Below are positions 13,171 through 26,979 of a DNA stretch of 64,000 bases, piece after piece (position 1 is the stretch's first letter; every line of letters starts with the position of its first letter). This DNA comes from Octopus vulgaris (taxonomy: Eukaryota), in contig OX597832.1 in the NCBI GenBank assembly GCA_951406725.2, forward strand, positions 64,480,001 to 64,544,000. The letters run 5' to 3'. Under the pieces are notes generated by a model. That model was given only the letters and a program-made list of their open reading frames with translations. It was not told the DNA's origin and did no database searches. Made by a program: the position numbers and the translations under genes.

Positions 13171-14156
13171 TATATATATATAGTCGACTGTGCCTTCCAT
13201 CCGTTTCATGGTCGATAATATGAGTGCCAGCTGAGAACTAAGGTGGATAGAATCGATTAGCCTCCCAACCCAGAATTTCAAGCCTTGTGCTTATAGTAGA
13301 AAGAATTATTTTGTGGTGCTTGGAACGAAATAACACGAAATTTAGATCAGTGCAAAAGACCAAGTGGGTATCCTAGAAGCAAAGTCGGTCTCAAGCGGTT
13401 TGCTTTGAATTGGCTGAACAATATAATTCTTGATAAGAGCAGACTAAAATAGAGTCGGTCGTTTAACTTTCGTCGACAGATACGCTGCAGGCAACAGGAC
13501 TCAATGTACCACTAAGGACATCATGACCGACAATAGGTGAATATATGCATTGATTTAGATGGGAAGAAATGGAATTGAAAATAAAATATTTATGAAAAGA
13601 CACCGGTGATTATCATGAGCGTTCTCTGTTGCAGCTGATACAGGGAAATAAATTTTAATAGAAACTGTATCAGAGATAATATTAGTTCCTTGACATAATC
13701 TATGTTACGGGATATCGAAGCTAACCACTACAAACGTAACTATATCTATGTGTGTGTGTGTGTGTGCGTGCATGCGTGAGTGTGCGTGTGTGTTTGTATG
13801 TGTGTGTGTGTGTGTGTGTGTATGTGTGTGTGTGTGTGCGTATGTAAGCTATTGCCAAGATATGAAACGGATGTGGTTCAAACTTTCGCATCATAATGCT
13901 ATTATGATTGCTGTAACCATTATTTTTCATGATTATCTTTTCAGCCGCGTACACGATTGCACACACGCACTGACTATACATAAACACATTTATATATATG
14001 TGTGTATCTATACGATTATATAAGTGAACATATTTTGTGTGTTATACAATATGTACGGTATCTTTTAACATGGTAAAGATAAATGGAGAGAAAGATTTAT
14101 AAAAATCACTTATATAACACGAATATTCATGTATACCCGCACATATACACTCATTG

Positions 14157-14213
<57 letters not shown>

Positions 14214-14744
14214 GTAGTATATATACATATATAAATGCAAGTGTATCCATATATACATACATTATATGTATATATTATATATATGTATATTTATACAAAT
14301 GCTACATCAATTTCAGACGTCATAGTTATTGATTGTATTTGATTTTTCTCGTCTGAAATATTTAAAAAACTATTTTTGTATGTCTGTATTCTTATTGTAT
14401 ATATATATTTTTTAAAATTATACATACTCGCTCTTGTATACTATATTTATAAATTTATATATTCGTTTATTTGTATTTCTAACCTCTTTTTTACTTCTTA
14501 TCGTAAGATTAGAGAGAAAATCTCCTCAGAACTCAAGTATTCGTAGATGCTTTTTTTCCCCAATAAAAATTTTTGATATTTACTTTTTTTCTATCGTTCA
14601 TTTTTTATATTTTCTCATTATTCTGTCTTAATCCGCCTCTTTTTCTCTGCATTTCGTCTAATCCACTTTTTAAACCAAAAGAAAAGCATTAATATTATTA
14701 GTTTCCTGCATTGGCACAAGGCCCACGCGTTTTTGGTAAAGGTA

Positions 14745-14812
<68 letters not shown>

Positions 14813-14829
14813 CATTTGTGTGTAACGAC

Positions 14830-15604
14830 CTCAATTCCTTAATGGCTTTTATCATATCAGTTAATGAACCTCTAAATTCACCATGGGGTCATGTCATAAA
14901 TTAGCGTATTTGATGACACTTCTATTTTCGAAATACAAAAAAAGGGGTCTCAAAATATTCCCCCAGGCCCTATATCTGATGGAGGGTCTCTCATAAGCTT
15001 TAATTGCTCTGAAAACACCTTTTTTGTTACTGAATATTTTAACGGAGTCTGTTAGTCCATACAAAATTTTATTCTTAAAATGTATGTGCTGGTTATATTT
15101 CTATAACACTCAAAATATTTAAACATTTTTTACATACAATTCCTAATAATATGCCTCTGTCGCTAACCTTTTTTTTAACAAGCTAACTGTCTAATCGCTA
15201 AAACACTGCCTGTTGTAACACTGATTTTCTATATGTCGCTAGCAGAGTGATGAGTCGTTGCTCTCTCTAGCGGTCGAGCGTCCATCACCGACGAGATCAA
15301 GGACGATCGAAATCACGTTATCTTGTAGTCTTGGCGTTGTAGCTGGTGGGGAGTTATCTCTCCGCTGGTGATATAAACAAACAAGCGTGCATTTTGTGCC
15401 AAAAGCTTATGTGAGATTTTCTCTCTTGTTAAATACCACAAAAAAGTGTGTTCTAGCAGAACATCCACGTTTAAGAGGGAATAAATGACATTTGATTACA
15501 TAAATATAATAAGAGTTTGAGACATCGAATGGCTGTGGAGGATCAGTGAAGTGAAATAGAAGCAGAGGGGTCCTCGAGAGGCAAAAAATGATCGAGAACC
15601 ATTG
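14830..15604. mobile_element. Possible hAT/Charlie-type non-autonomous DNA transposon
   Basis: The right end 'ggggtcc...aaaaaatgatcgagaaccattg' resembles Charlie-type ends (CAGTGGTTCTCAA). The left TIR is not clearly seen. Confidence 0.3.
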
Positions 15605-15998
15605 GTTTAGAGAGAAGAAAATTACTATAATTGAGCAGGACTTGAATCAAAGTAATCTTCCAAACGTGACCATCCCGTCTTATTAGAATTACATTCAAAC
15701 TCGTTATTCAATGTGACTTTTCCTTTCTTAAAACGGTTAAATTTGTTTCAGCATCTTTTAGCAGCTATTTCTAGGAGCTTGGGCGATCGGACTCGTGCCT
15801 TAATGTCACAAGGTACTTTGATCGGCGCCCTAACGATTGGGTTAATCTCGCCCCTATATTTCCGCCACTTTACTTGCTTTAACCAATTCAATGACTATTT
15901 GTCTGAAGCTCCATCGATTCTACAATTCTCTGCAATTTCGCGCGATCTACTATCGATGCTTCCAACTTAGAGAAAGATAAATAATCAACAGTAATAAT

Positions 15999-16031
<33 letters not shown>

Positions 16032-16069
16032 AATAATAATAATAATAATGATAATAATAATAATAATGA

Positions 16070-16607
16070 ATGCCCTGAAGCAGTACCAGAGAGTGGCTCT
16101 CATGGCATCTGATCTTAATTGATTGAAAGTGTTATCATGTACATTGTTTTGTCCTCGTATAAGAGGTGGTCTGCAACAAATATTCTGCTCAATACCACAG
16201 ATTTGCTTGTCAGTTGCTTGACCTTAATCGGTTGAGCAACTCCTTTGTGGTTGATAATATGTGCATCTTTGATCACGAGCAGGTGTAGAGGAAGACCATC
16301 ATAGCCATCTGTCGAGAGGAATTCTTCGGGGGTTGAATAATTCACCTCTGGAAGCTGGTGCTTCGTTCATCTTCCTTAAGCAACCTTCTGAATGGATGGG
16401 CTACTAACCTGAAGAAAATTCTAACCGGGCCCCACCACCATGGTTATATGTTTTTAAACTGGATACAAAGTCATCATGTCGCGCACATATGGTTGCGATG
16501 CATGTGCCTGGTGTACCCTTACCAGACAAGTAGTCATGATGGGTATACTGGGCGTCGTATATTTGTACCCTGAGTGTCACTTTGATGGCGTGCACTGCTC
16601 TCTCAGT
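16070..16607. mobile_element. ~540-bp non-coding insertion within an (AAT)n array
   Basis: A more GC-rich complex block bounded sharply on both sides by (AAT)n/(GAT)n arrays. Confidence 0.45.
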
Positions 16608-16648
16608 AATAATAATGATGATGATGATGATGATAATAATAATAATAA

Positions 16649-16701
<53 letters not shown>

Positions 16702-16737
16702 TTAATAATAATAATAACAATAATAATAATAATAATA

Positions 16738-16907
16738 ATCCTTTCTACTAAAGATACAATGCATGAAATTTTGGAGTGGGGACTAGCCGATTATATTGAC
16801 CACACTGTTTCACTGGTACTTAATTTATTGATGCCGAAAGGATGAAAGGTAAGGTCGATCTCTGCGGAATTTGAACTCAGAACGTAGCGACAGATGAAAT
16901 ACCCGAC
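16738..16907 (-). mobile_element. SINE family B
   Basis: gaaaggatgaaaggtaaggtcgatctctgcggaatttgaactcagaacgtagcgacagatgaaatacc; the tail abuts (AAT)n. Confidence 0.85.
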
Positions 16908-17674
16908 CTTAGGAGAAGATGCTTTCGCAATTTACAGGGGAATATGATCGACTATAGGCTAACGTAATTGAGAACTTCTTCACAATACAGCCATGCCTAG
17001 AATCACTTAATGGTTTAATGCTGCATAAATTATGTATAAAAATATAAAGGAACATATTCACATTGCATTGTGTTAGAAATACAATATACATATCTACTAT
17101 CGATCTGATCCACGCTGTTCAACGTGCAGACGACCTTGTGTTAAACGATCGCAAGAATAGAGTAACTGTGAGAATGAAATTTCTATTACAGACCTTGAGA
17201 AATATATGATAAATGACGTGTGCGTGTGTAGCTAAAATGAAGTTAAACCACATATATACCCATACACACATAAGTAATATGCAGGCACACACAGGACATG
17301 GCACACATACACACACGTAGAAACATCTGCGTTTGCCTGTGTGTATGAATGTATGTTTATGTCTTTCCTTCTCCTAGTGTACATATTTCTATTTGTAGCC
17401 TGTAAAGAAGAGGTTAAAATCAGATTCGTGTCCCCATGAAGCGGATTGTCATTTGAATATTTGTCTGAGTAATAGTGTTGGAGATCCTATACATGTGTTG
17501 TGCATGTATGTACCTATTATATCATTTTATGACGTCAATAATAATATTTCGGAGATGTACTTGCATAGCAAGTGACCTGATTGCAGTGTGGAAGGTATTT
17601 ATAAGCCATTTAAAACCACACAAAACCGTTAGATTCACTTCAACATTTAAATTAAATTTGTTATTATTAGTATA

Positions 17675-18045
17675 TTGGTCTCAAATTTTGGCACAAGGCA
17701 AGCAATTCCGGGGGAAACCGTAAGTCGATTACATCGGCCTCCGTCCTCAAAGGGTATTTATTTCATCGAACTTTAAAGGATGAAGAGTAAATTTGACCCC
17801 AGAACGTAAAGCCGGACGTAATGCTGCTAAGCATTTTGTGCGGTGAAGTAACGATTCTGCCACCTCACAGCATTATTATTATTATTATTGGGCAAATACT
17901 TAGCATCATTTCGTCCGTCTTTACCTTCTGAGTTCACATTCTGCTGAGGTTGACTTTGCCATTCATCCTTTCAGTGACGATAAAATAAGTTCCATTTGAA
18001 TTGTGGGGTCGAACTTGCTGGCCTTGTGCCAAAATTTGAAATCTT
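17675..18045. mobile_element. Head-to-head pair of SINE family B copies (-, then +) around (ATT)n
   Basis: 'caaattttggcacaagg' at ~17682 and its reverse complement 'ccttgtgccaaaatttg' at ~18022. Confidence 0.75.
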
Positions 18046-18911
18046 TATTATTAACGGTTATATTCATAAGGTTTTGCCTATACGGTAATGAAACGCATGT
18101 AACTTGGGATTAGATAGAAATATCAAACGTTCCAGTTTTTATTTTAATCTATCTTTACAGATATAACGATCAGAGATCTAAATAGACGTGGCTGTGTGTG
18201 TAGACACAATGAGGTTATACGTACGCTTAGATACATAACCACTAACTCCAATAAACCTATACATATGCACACACCAATATAGTATCTATATTTTCTACAC
18301 ACACACACACACACACACACACATGCATATACATATATAAAATAGGCATGCCATTAAATCTATACACTTGGTTTACTTCCAAATTAAGTATCTGCTAATC
18401 CCGAGGGATATCTGTGACCCTAGGATTAACATCCACTTACTTACAACTATAGAATTATGATACAAATTCGTTGTCATGGTTACTAAAGTATCAATAGTCT
18501 CATATATCAGATTTGATTCAATTCTCTGCAAGCATCTATATAGTACACATCGCATCATACGCATCATCATACACACATATGTATGTCTGTGTGTGTGTTT
18601 CTTTGTGTGTTTGTGTGTGCGTACGTGTGCGTGTATATGTGTGTGTGTTGTTAAGTATACCGCTTTTGTCTTTCGTATTTTCTTATCTCGCTTTGTTTCT
18701 TTCCTTTTCACTGAATTGTAGTCTGTCTCGATTCTTCTAATACTAAAATCTATATGACACAACTTATTGTGTTAAAACTGTCAGTGTTATATCGAAGGAA
18801 CGGAAGTCGAGATATCTTGTCCAAATTGTAAAGAAACGAGGAACTATAATACACCTAGTCTGTGTACAACAAGTTTCTTAGGTTCTTCACTACAATCTCC
18901 CTCTTTCTCTT

Positions 18912-18995
<84 letters not shown>

Positions 18996-19003
18996 TATGT
19001 ATG

Positions 19004-19037
<34 letters not shown>

Positions 19038-19483
19038 TGTATGTATGTATGTATGTATGTATGTATGTATGTATGTATGTATGTGTGTCTGCATATATAT
19101 GCGCGCGCGTATGTATATATATAGACACGCGCACACACATACACATATGTATCTAAATCTACGTATTTCTCGTCTCGAAATGGCTTTTCTCCTTCAAACT
19201 TCACTGAATTTCTTATATATCGTTATATTTTCTGATTGTCGTTATTTCCATATATCTAAATGATTTTTCCAATTAAACTGGCACTTCGCTTTAGAAGCTG
19301 CGAAGAAGCTAGAGGGCGATGCCCAAAGACTCGGCTTTCAATGTACGACATTTCCCAGCAGAGACAGCTGCGTTATGTCCTGTTTCTTTGTCCCCTCATA
19401 TTACGCCCTGTACTCAACTAGCTCTTTAGGCAGCAACCTGTGTTTACTGATTTTGAACACTAGGTTCTTCGTTTCACTATGCC

Positions 19484-19529
<46 letters not shown>

Positions 19530-20710
19530 TGGTGTGTTTGCAGAGTAATTAGAGAGAATGACAGAATGGTTTCAGTATTCATTGCATTTAACAAGCACAA
19601 GTACAAAAGTGATTCAAGGATTGAGAGTTTCGATCAAAGCCATTATCAAATGAGCCATGCACGAAATTCCCGGCTCTTGAGTCACTTTTGTAATTCTAGA
19701 GGTTTAAAATGAAAGAAAATATATACTTATTTCTGCTAATTTGAAGTAACATCTCTCTGTTCTCTCACTCTCTTTTCTCTCTCTCTCTCTCTTTCACTTT
19801 CAAACACACACACACACACATTATATCGAATTTAGTATAAACAATTGAAATATTACCTCAATTCTCTTTGAGTACATATTTAGCGTAACTTTACAAAATG
19901 CCTTGACAGTGACTTCGAAGTTTCGGCCTGCAAACTTTTCACAGTACGAGGAAGGCAAGCTGATCAAAACTAACTGACCACTGTCTACATTTCTTATGAA
20001 GTGTATATTTTATTCTGTAATAAAGGTTTTGCGAGTTGTTCTGGAGAGACATTTATCAACCTCAAAGTTGCACTTGCTGTGGCTCTCCAACCATTCTGCG
20101 AAAGCTCCATGAAATTCTGCCAAAGTGAAGACGTTCAGGATCCATTTTATAGTCTCCACTTTCAAAACGTCTGCACCTGGAGTTCTCCCTTAGCGCGGAG
20201 AGAAACCAATTATCCCAAGGACAAATGTTTCTGTTCTGGTACCCATCTCTGGTTACCAGGATGATTGTCACAAGTACCCTGGGAACAAAATTTCCTCAAA
20301 TATTGCGAATGTTCAGATCTGTGAACAGTTGCCACACCAACTCCAAATTAAATGCATATTGTCATTAAGGAGTCACGACGAATTATCTCAAACTAGTTCT
20401 AATGATCTGACCTCTCTCTCTATCCCACACTTCCCATCGCCTCTCACCTCCTCTAACCTACTTGGAGTCTTTTGTGTTTATGGAACAGTTTATCCAAATG
20501 TAATTTAGAGCATTTCATGAGTTTTTGTTGCATTTTTGCCCAGTTTAACAGGAAAGAATTATTGCATAGTCAGCTTCCAAACATCCAAGCTGCATTCTAG
20601 AAACTAGTTGACTCTGACAAGCAGTGGTCAATAGGGTGTCTTCAAAGTGCTGCTAGAGCCATCTCCTTCAGTTTGGAATACCAAAAGTTAGATCAACGTA
20701 TTAGATTTAT

Positions 20711-21018
20711 ATCACGTGATCACGTGACCGACCAGGCCATCAGATGTTGCTACACATCGCTGGTCAAAATGCGCTTCGCATTGTTTTAGCCTTCAAATGA
20801 TGCCACCCCGCTGGCTAAGCGAGCAGGCCAACAGAAGAAAGAGTGAGAGAAAGTCGTGGTGAAAGAGTACACAGGGATCACCACCACCCCCTGCCGGAGC
20901 CTCGTGGAGCTTTAGGTATTTTCGCTCAATAAACACTCGCAACACCCGGTCTGGGAATCGAAGCCGCGATCCTACGACTGCGAGTCCGTTGCCCTAACCA
21001 CTGGGCCATTGTACCTCC
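20711..21018 (-). mobile_element. tRNA-derived SINE family C (~305 bp)
   Basis: The reverse complement head ggaggtacaatggcccagtggttagg...ggcttcgattcccagacc carries A and B boxes. It closely matches 28774-29070. Confidence 0.9.
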
Positions 21019-21948
21019 ATTAGATTTATATAAAATATGAAATACTAAAATCACAATTTAGGACAGTTATAACTGCCTCTACTAAAACAGTCTCAAAACT
21101 TGTGGAATGCACCTCGTATATAACAGTCTTATATGTACATAGAATATCTAGATATAACGACACATGAGCGTGTAGATAAATATGACGGCGTTTCCGTAAT
21201 TTCAAATTGTTCGCCATACGATAAGTATCAGCTGCTACATAAAATGATGAGTATCTCCAATATTAACGGATTTCTATCCGGACAGCCTGCTGCAAACAGA
21301 CACACGTCTAGTCTTTAACTTACGGATGATCACCATGTTTACATCCATTTAATCAATCTTGTTTGGTATCTATATTGTAATTTACGAAGTAAAATTTATC
21401 ACGTGGAACATTTAAAGATTATATCAATCTAATTATTTACATCTTCACTTGTTTTCGTCTATACACTTCATTTGTCGCCAGAAAACAAATAACATTGTGT
21501 GTGACCATTCCTCTCATACGTAACTCGATTCCTGCATTCATCTTTTCTTCACTTCTAGAAGTGAGAAAGTTGTAGAATTCAAAAATGTTATTTGAAGCTG
21601 CAATCACTTCAATATATACTTCAGTTTGGCGTTTAGGTTTCACTCACGCTTCTTAAACGATCAATTTCATAAACATTTACCTTAAGGAGACACAGATATC
21701 CTATTGCTAAGGTTATTTGTACAGCTATGACTGAATTCGATGTTGTTTCTATTAAATAGTTTGCATTAACATGCAACTAGCTTCTAATTTTTGGCTTTCA
21801 TTCCTAATCGCATATACGCGCGAGCGTAATTAAAAATATTTATATAAAAATATTTATACACAAATACACACAAACACAAAAACTCGGTGTGTGTGTGTGT
21901 GATTAGAATTATTTTTCGATTAGTCTTATACCTTTCAGAACGTGTGTG

Positions 21949-22001
<53 letters not shown>

Positions 22002-22003
22002 TG

Positions 22004-22070
<67 letters not shown>

Positions 22071-22194
22071 GGGAGAAAGTTGTATGTATTCCCTGAAACA
22101 TACAGTTTAACAAGGTATGTATGTACATCTATCACTCTCCCTTTCTCTTTCTCTCTCTCTCTCTCTCTCTGTATATATGTATATGTTGATATGT

Positions 22195-22239
<45 letters not shown>

Positions 22240-22605
22240 TACTAGTCATTCTTAGTTGAACACGATCGTATCAAAATAAAAAAAATTTCCGTACATTATC
22301 ATTTCATCAATGCATAACATTTCAAAAGTGAATATCTCTCCGACGAGAATAGATGTACGCATGTTACGGAATATTTCATTTTGGGGTGCTTTTGAGGATA
22401 TGTAAATTCTGGCCTGTTGTAAGTCCTATTTCTGAAGCAGCACTTAAACGGAGACAGGAAAATATATATAGGAAAACACAAGAAAACAACTATAATTTAC
22501 TCTATGAACGAAAGAATAAACATAAAAAGACACCCTCTGCTGAAATTCTATACGAATAAATATAGGCAAATATTTTATCTCAGTATTCATATGCTTGTAT
22601 ATATT

Positions 22606-22653
<48 letters not shown>

Positions 22654-22753
22654 ACAAAGACATATTTGCATACATATGTATACCAATATATATATATCCA
22701 AGCAAATCTGTGTGTACATGCATAAGTAGAAACACACACAAACACACATTTAC

Positions 22754-22875
<122 letters not shown>

Positions 22876-23294
22876 ATTGTATGTAAATACACATATGTAT
22901 ATTTACAGAAATACTGAAAGCCAAATATTTACATTGAGAAAAAAATTATATGCATAAGCACACACATACACTCAAATAGACACACACGCACATACACACA
23001 CACGCTCTCACTCTCGCGCACACTCACCTATATGCATAAAAGCACAGATAAATTGTGAAATATCGTGGACTGAGATGAAAGTGTTAGAAATATTTCTGCT
23101 TACCGACAGCAGCATCTTCCGGAAACATTATGTAAATTTCATAACCTTGCTGTGGTTTACACGCTTCTATAAAAGAAAAGAGAAGAAAAGGAATATTACC
23201 AAAACAATATTTCACTGAAAAATTTTTATGTTTGATTTGTGTGTGTATTCAGTACATTGTTAGTTACACTGCTTTGACTTTGTGATGCGCTCTC

Positions 23295-23325
<31 letters not shown>

Positions 23326-23559
23326 CTCTCTCTCCCACTCTTTCGTTGTACATACATTATACACAAACACACACACACACACACACAAATATATATATAA
23401 TAGAAACATTGTTGTTCCTAAATCTCTCAACGAGATATTCAATAGAGAAGCACTTTATAGTAACGACCTTTTTTCGAACCTCATATGGCAGTCCCATTTT
23501 GGGGCAGTCCCAGAATAGGACTGCCACATTCAGTTAGCAAAAAATCGTTACTTTATATA

Positions 23560-23982
23560 ATAAATCTCTGAACGAGGTATAAATAGTAGCTCCACGACAA
23601 TGTGAAGTATATTTGCCACTTAAATATGGCTAACCACTAAGGATGGGTGCTACTGTAGCTTGTAGCCCCAGGAGAACATCTGGGAAGCCATCCTTCCCAT
23701 CGTCGGCCTGACGTGATACGCACGGATCCGGGTTTCTGAGTATTTACTCGTCGTCAGCGCACGACAGTCACAGGTCTTCGATGCGAAGGGGTCCTAATGC
23801 AAATACATATATCCTTTTTCTAGTGACTAAAAGTCAATGATCTCATAAAAGTGTAAAGAAGCAAAAATAAATCTCTGAACGAGGTATAAACAGTAGCTGC
23901 ACGACAAAGTGAAGTATATATGCCACTTAAATGTGGCTAACCACTAAGGGTTAGGAGCCCCAGGAGAACATCTCCAGTTGGC
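23560..23982 (-). mobile_element. Retrozyme-like partial-tandem element with HHR and 12-bp TSD
   Basis: Direct repeats 23559-23681 and 23866-23973 (period 307 bp); HHR motif at 23720-23762 (-); TTACTTTATATA at 23548-23559 and 23983-23994. Confidence 0.7.
23720..23762 (-). ncRNA. Type-I hammerhead ribozyme motif
   Basis: gtgcg-CTGACGA-c-gagt(aaat)actc-a-GAAAC-ccgg-ATC-cgtgc. Stem I is GUGCG/CGUGC with two wobble pairs. Confidence 0.65.
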
Positions 23983-24515
23983 TTACTTTATATATATATA
24001 TGTATGTGTGTGTGAAAGAGAGAAAGAGAGAGAGTGTGTGTGTGTATTTTAAAATAGACGAAGTACATGTCGAATAACTGGTATCCTAGCATGCCGTGCA
24101 TATCAACGGGCCGTTTCTGTTGAACATAATATCACTGCAAAAAGGAGAAGTTATTCTCCTATTCCACACACGTCCTGCATATGCAAGCAATCGTTGCAGA
24201 CCTCACTATGCACGGTGCAAATAGCGTTGGCCCCCTTCTTTCTCTGGAATTGGCCAAATGATGTAGGCACCACGGATGAGAGCGCAGTAAGGTTCGAAAA
24301 TTGATTAAGGCTTCTCATCATTTTCTTCAATCTGTGGAGAATATAGCACAATTCCCCATGTTTGTATGTCTACTATATGGCTTTATACACACACACACAC
24401 ACGTTTATATACATGTATATATGTGTGTGTAGGTCTTCTTTACATATATATATATTATCTCTCTCTATATATTGATGTATATATGGAGTCGGCCACTTTA
24501 TATATATATACATAC

Positions 24516-24571
<56 letters not shown>

Positions 24572-24652
24572 GTGTGTATATATATATGTATTTATATATA
24601 TGTAAATATATATATGTATATATATATATATAATATATATATATATGTATAT

Positions 24653-24766
<114 letters not shown>

Positions 24767-24814
24767 ATGTATATATATATATATCTACAGGCCCACGTAA
24801 CAGTTCTGATTGGA

Positions 24815-24851
24815 TTTGATAGACGGAGACTGAAAGTCGCATATCATATAT

Positions 24852-24886
<35 letters not shown>

Positions 24887-25070
24887 TCCCTCTCCATCGA
24901 TTGACAACCGATGCTTGTCTGTTTGCGTCCCTGTAATTTAGCGGTTACAAGGTTACAGACCGAGAGAATAAGTACTAGGCTTACGAAGAATAAGTCCTGG
25001 TGTCGATTCCTTCGACTATATCCCTTTAAGGCGGTGCTCCAGCTGTCATATGACCAAAACAAGTAAAAGG
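24815..25070 (+). mobile_element. SINE family A, 5'-truncated
   Basis: agacggagactgaaag...(TG)n...ttgacaaccgatg...gaataagtactaggcttac...ggcggtgctccagc. Confidence 0.85.
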
Positions 25071-25188
25071 CTAACAGAACACACACACACACACATACAC
25101 ACACACACACACAAACACATATATTTGTATATGTTCGGGAGAGTAGGCGGACTTTGGTCGTATTTACTTTTATATGCCGTATTATTCG

Positions 25189-25260
<72 letters not shown>

Positions 25261-25263
<3 letters not shown>

Positions 25264-25434
25264 GAAATTTACAGAAAAACAAAAGACGAAGACTGGTGTA
25301 TAAACAACAAGCAGACATTTCATTTGACGCTCGGAAAGGTGACAAAGTCTTTTACATTTCGAGCCAATGCTCTTCAACAGAAAAGAACACGAGGAAATAA
25401 ACAGAGGGAGAATAAAAATATTTAGCGGTCAATA
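25261..25434 (-). mobile_element. ~175-bp HHR-bearing mini-element, related to 51875-52049
   Basis: The minus strand reads tttt-CTGTTGA-a-gagc(attg)gctc-GAAAT-GTA-aaag, then 'ttccgagcgtcaa'. It is flanked by (TA)n and (CA)n. Confidence 0.6.
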
Positions 25435-25509
25435 CACACACACACACACATACACACAGACACAGACACAGACAGACTCACACACACATATGTATGTATA
25501 TATTCATCT

Positions 25510-26245
25510 ACATGGCGCCTCTTAATTTACTGAAGTATTATTGCAATTTGCACAACATACACCTACATTGCATACACACAGAAATACACAAACACACACA
25601 CTCAGGTAGTGATTATTCTTAAACAAGTATATTATTAGTAGTGACTTCGCAGTCAATACTATTCCTGATTAAGAATAATGATAGCGTAAACAATCAGATT
25701 AATGTAAAATTGGTTTATTATAAGTGAACATAGCCACACCCACACACAAACACAGACATACATATCATCCTACTCCTCCTCATCATCGCTGAAAGGAAAA
25801 TCAGCACTATTCAAATATAGCGTCACCATGTGCGCCTTCGTGTTGGTCTTGAAAAATGAACAAACGCATAAAAATATGACATTCTCTAACACATAAGACA
25901 CATTGGATAATCTATTGCTTGCCATATTTATGTCGAACAAATACGGAGGGTAAAAGCTGTTTCGTAACTTAGTCGAGTCAAGGAGTTTATTACTTCAATC
26001 ACTTAACGTGACCTTCTTTTGAGCACTTCAAAACAAGAAGACAGGATAAAATATATATGCTACCACTGGTTTTACGGCATCTACTGTAGGCTTGCTGGTT
26101 GTTAGAAGACCTGCATGTTATCGTCATTTGCGATGTGTAATATTCGATTACCTACGGCAAAATGTGATTTACTATTTTATCTCAATTTGCAGCAGTACTT
26201 TGTACAACTTGCAATTATACTTCAGTAAATTAACAGGCGCCATGT
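25510..26245. mobile_element. MITE with ~50-bp terminal inverted repeats
   Basis: Left 'acatggcgcctcttaatttactgaagtattattgcaatttgcacaa' versus the reverse complement of the right end 'acatggcgcctgttaatttactgaagtataattgcaagttgtacaa'. Confidence 0.75.
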
Positions 26246-26542
26246 CAAAACAATATGTCAGCTAATATAATTCCTTTCTTGTGAAATTCCATTAGAATAA
26301 AAAAAAATCGGAATAACACAAGAAATATAAACAAACAACTACAATAACAGCAGCTGCGTTAAACTTAGAAAATGAGACAAAAAGGCCTTTGGTTTCAAGA
26401 AACGATGACATCCTCAACGCGGTATGGACGACGATGTTATTTCTATATTGCTAAAAATGTTTATCTTCTTTCTTTGACACACCTTTTCCCATATATCTGC
26501 AAGAACAGCTGTATAACTCTCTATCTATTTGTCTACTAGGTA

Positions 26543-26582
<40 letters not shown>

Positions 26583-26725
26583 CACATACATATGTATACA
26601 TTTATATTCATATATATGCATATGTATATATAACAATGTATATATTTCCATGCATCAATATATTTACATATATATATGCACCAATATAAACATATAGTTA
26701 TATATACACATATATATATATGCAT

Positions 26726-26771
<46 letters not shown>

Positions 26772-26933
26772 GTACATATATATTTATGTATATACATATA
26801 TATTTTATACATGCATATGTATATGTATACATATAATTTATTTATATACATAAATATATACATATATATATATATGCATATATATATACTTATATATATA
26901 TACGCATATATATATATACATGTATATATATAC

Positions 26934-26979
<46 letters not shown>

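Noticed and set aside
19880-20700. Complex sequence that might be a decayed transposase or an exon
   Set aside because: No recognisable motif or convincing splice and frame signal.
20940-21018. tRNA-like heads of the SINEs, as tRNA genes
   Set aside because: They continue into SINE bodies and I could not see a complete cloverleaf.
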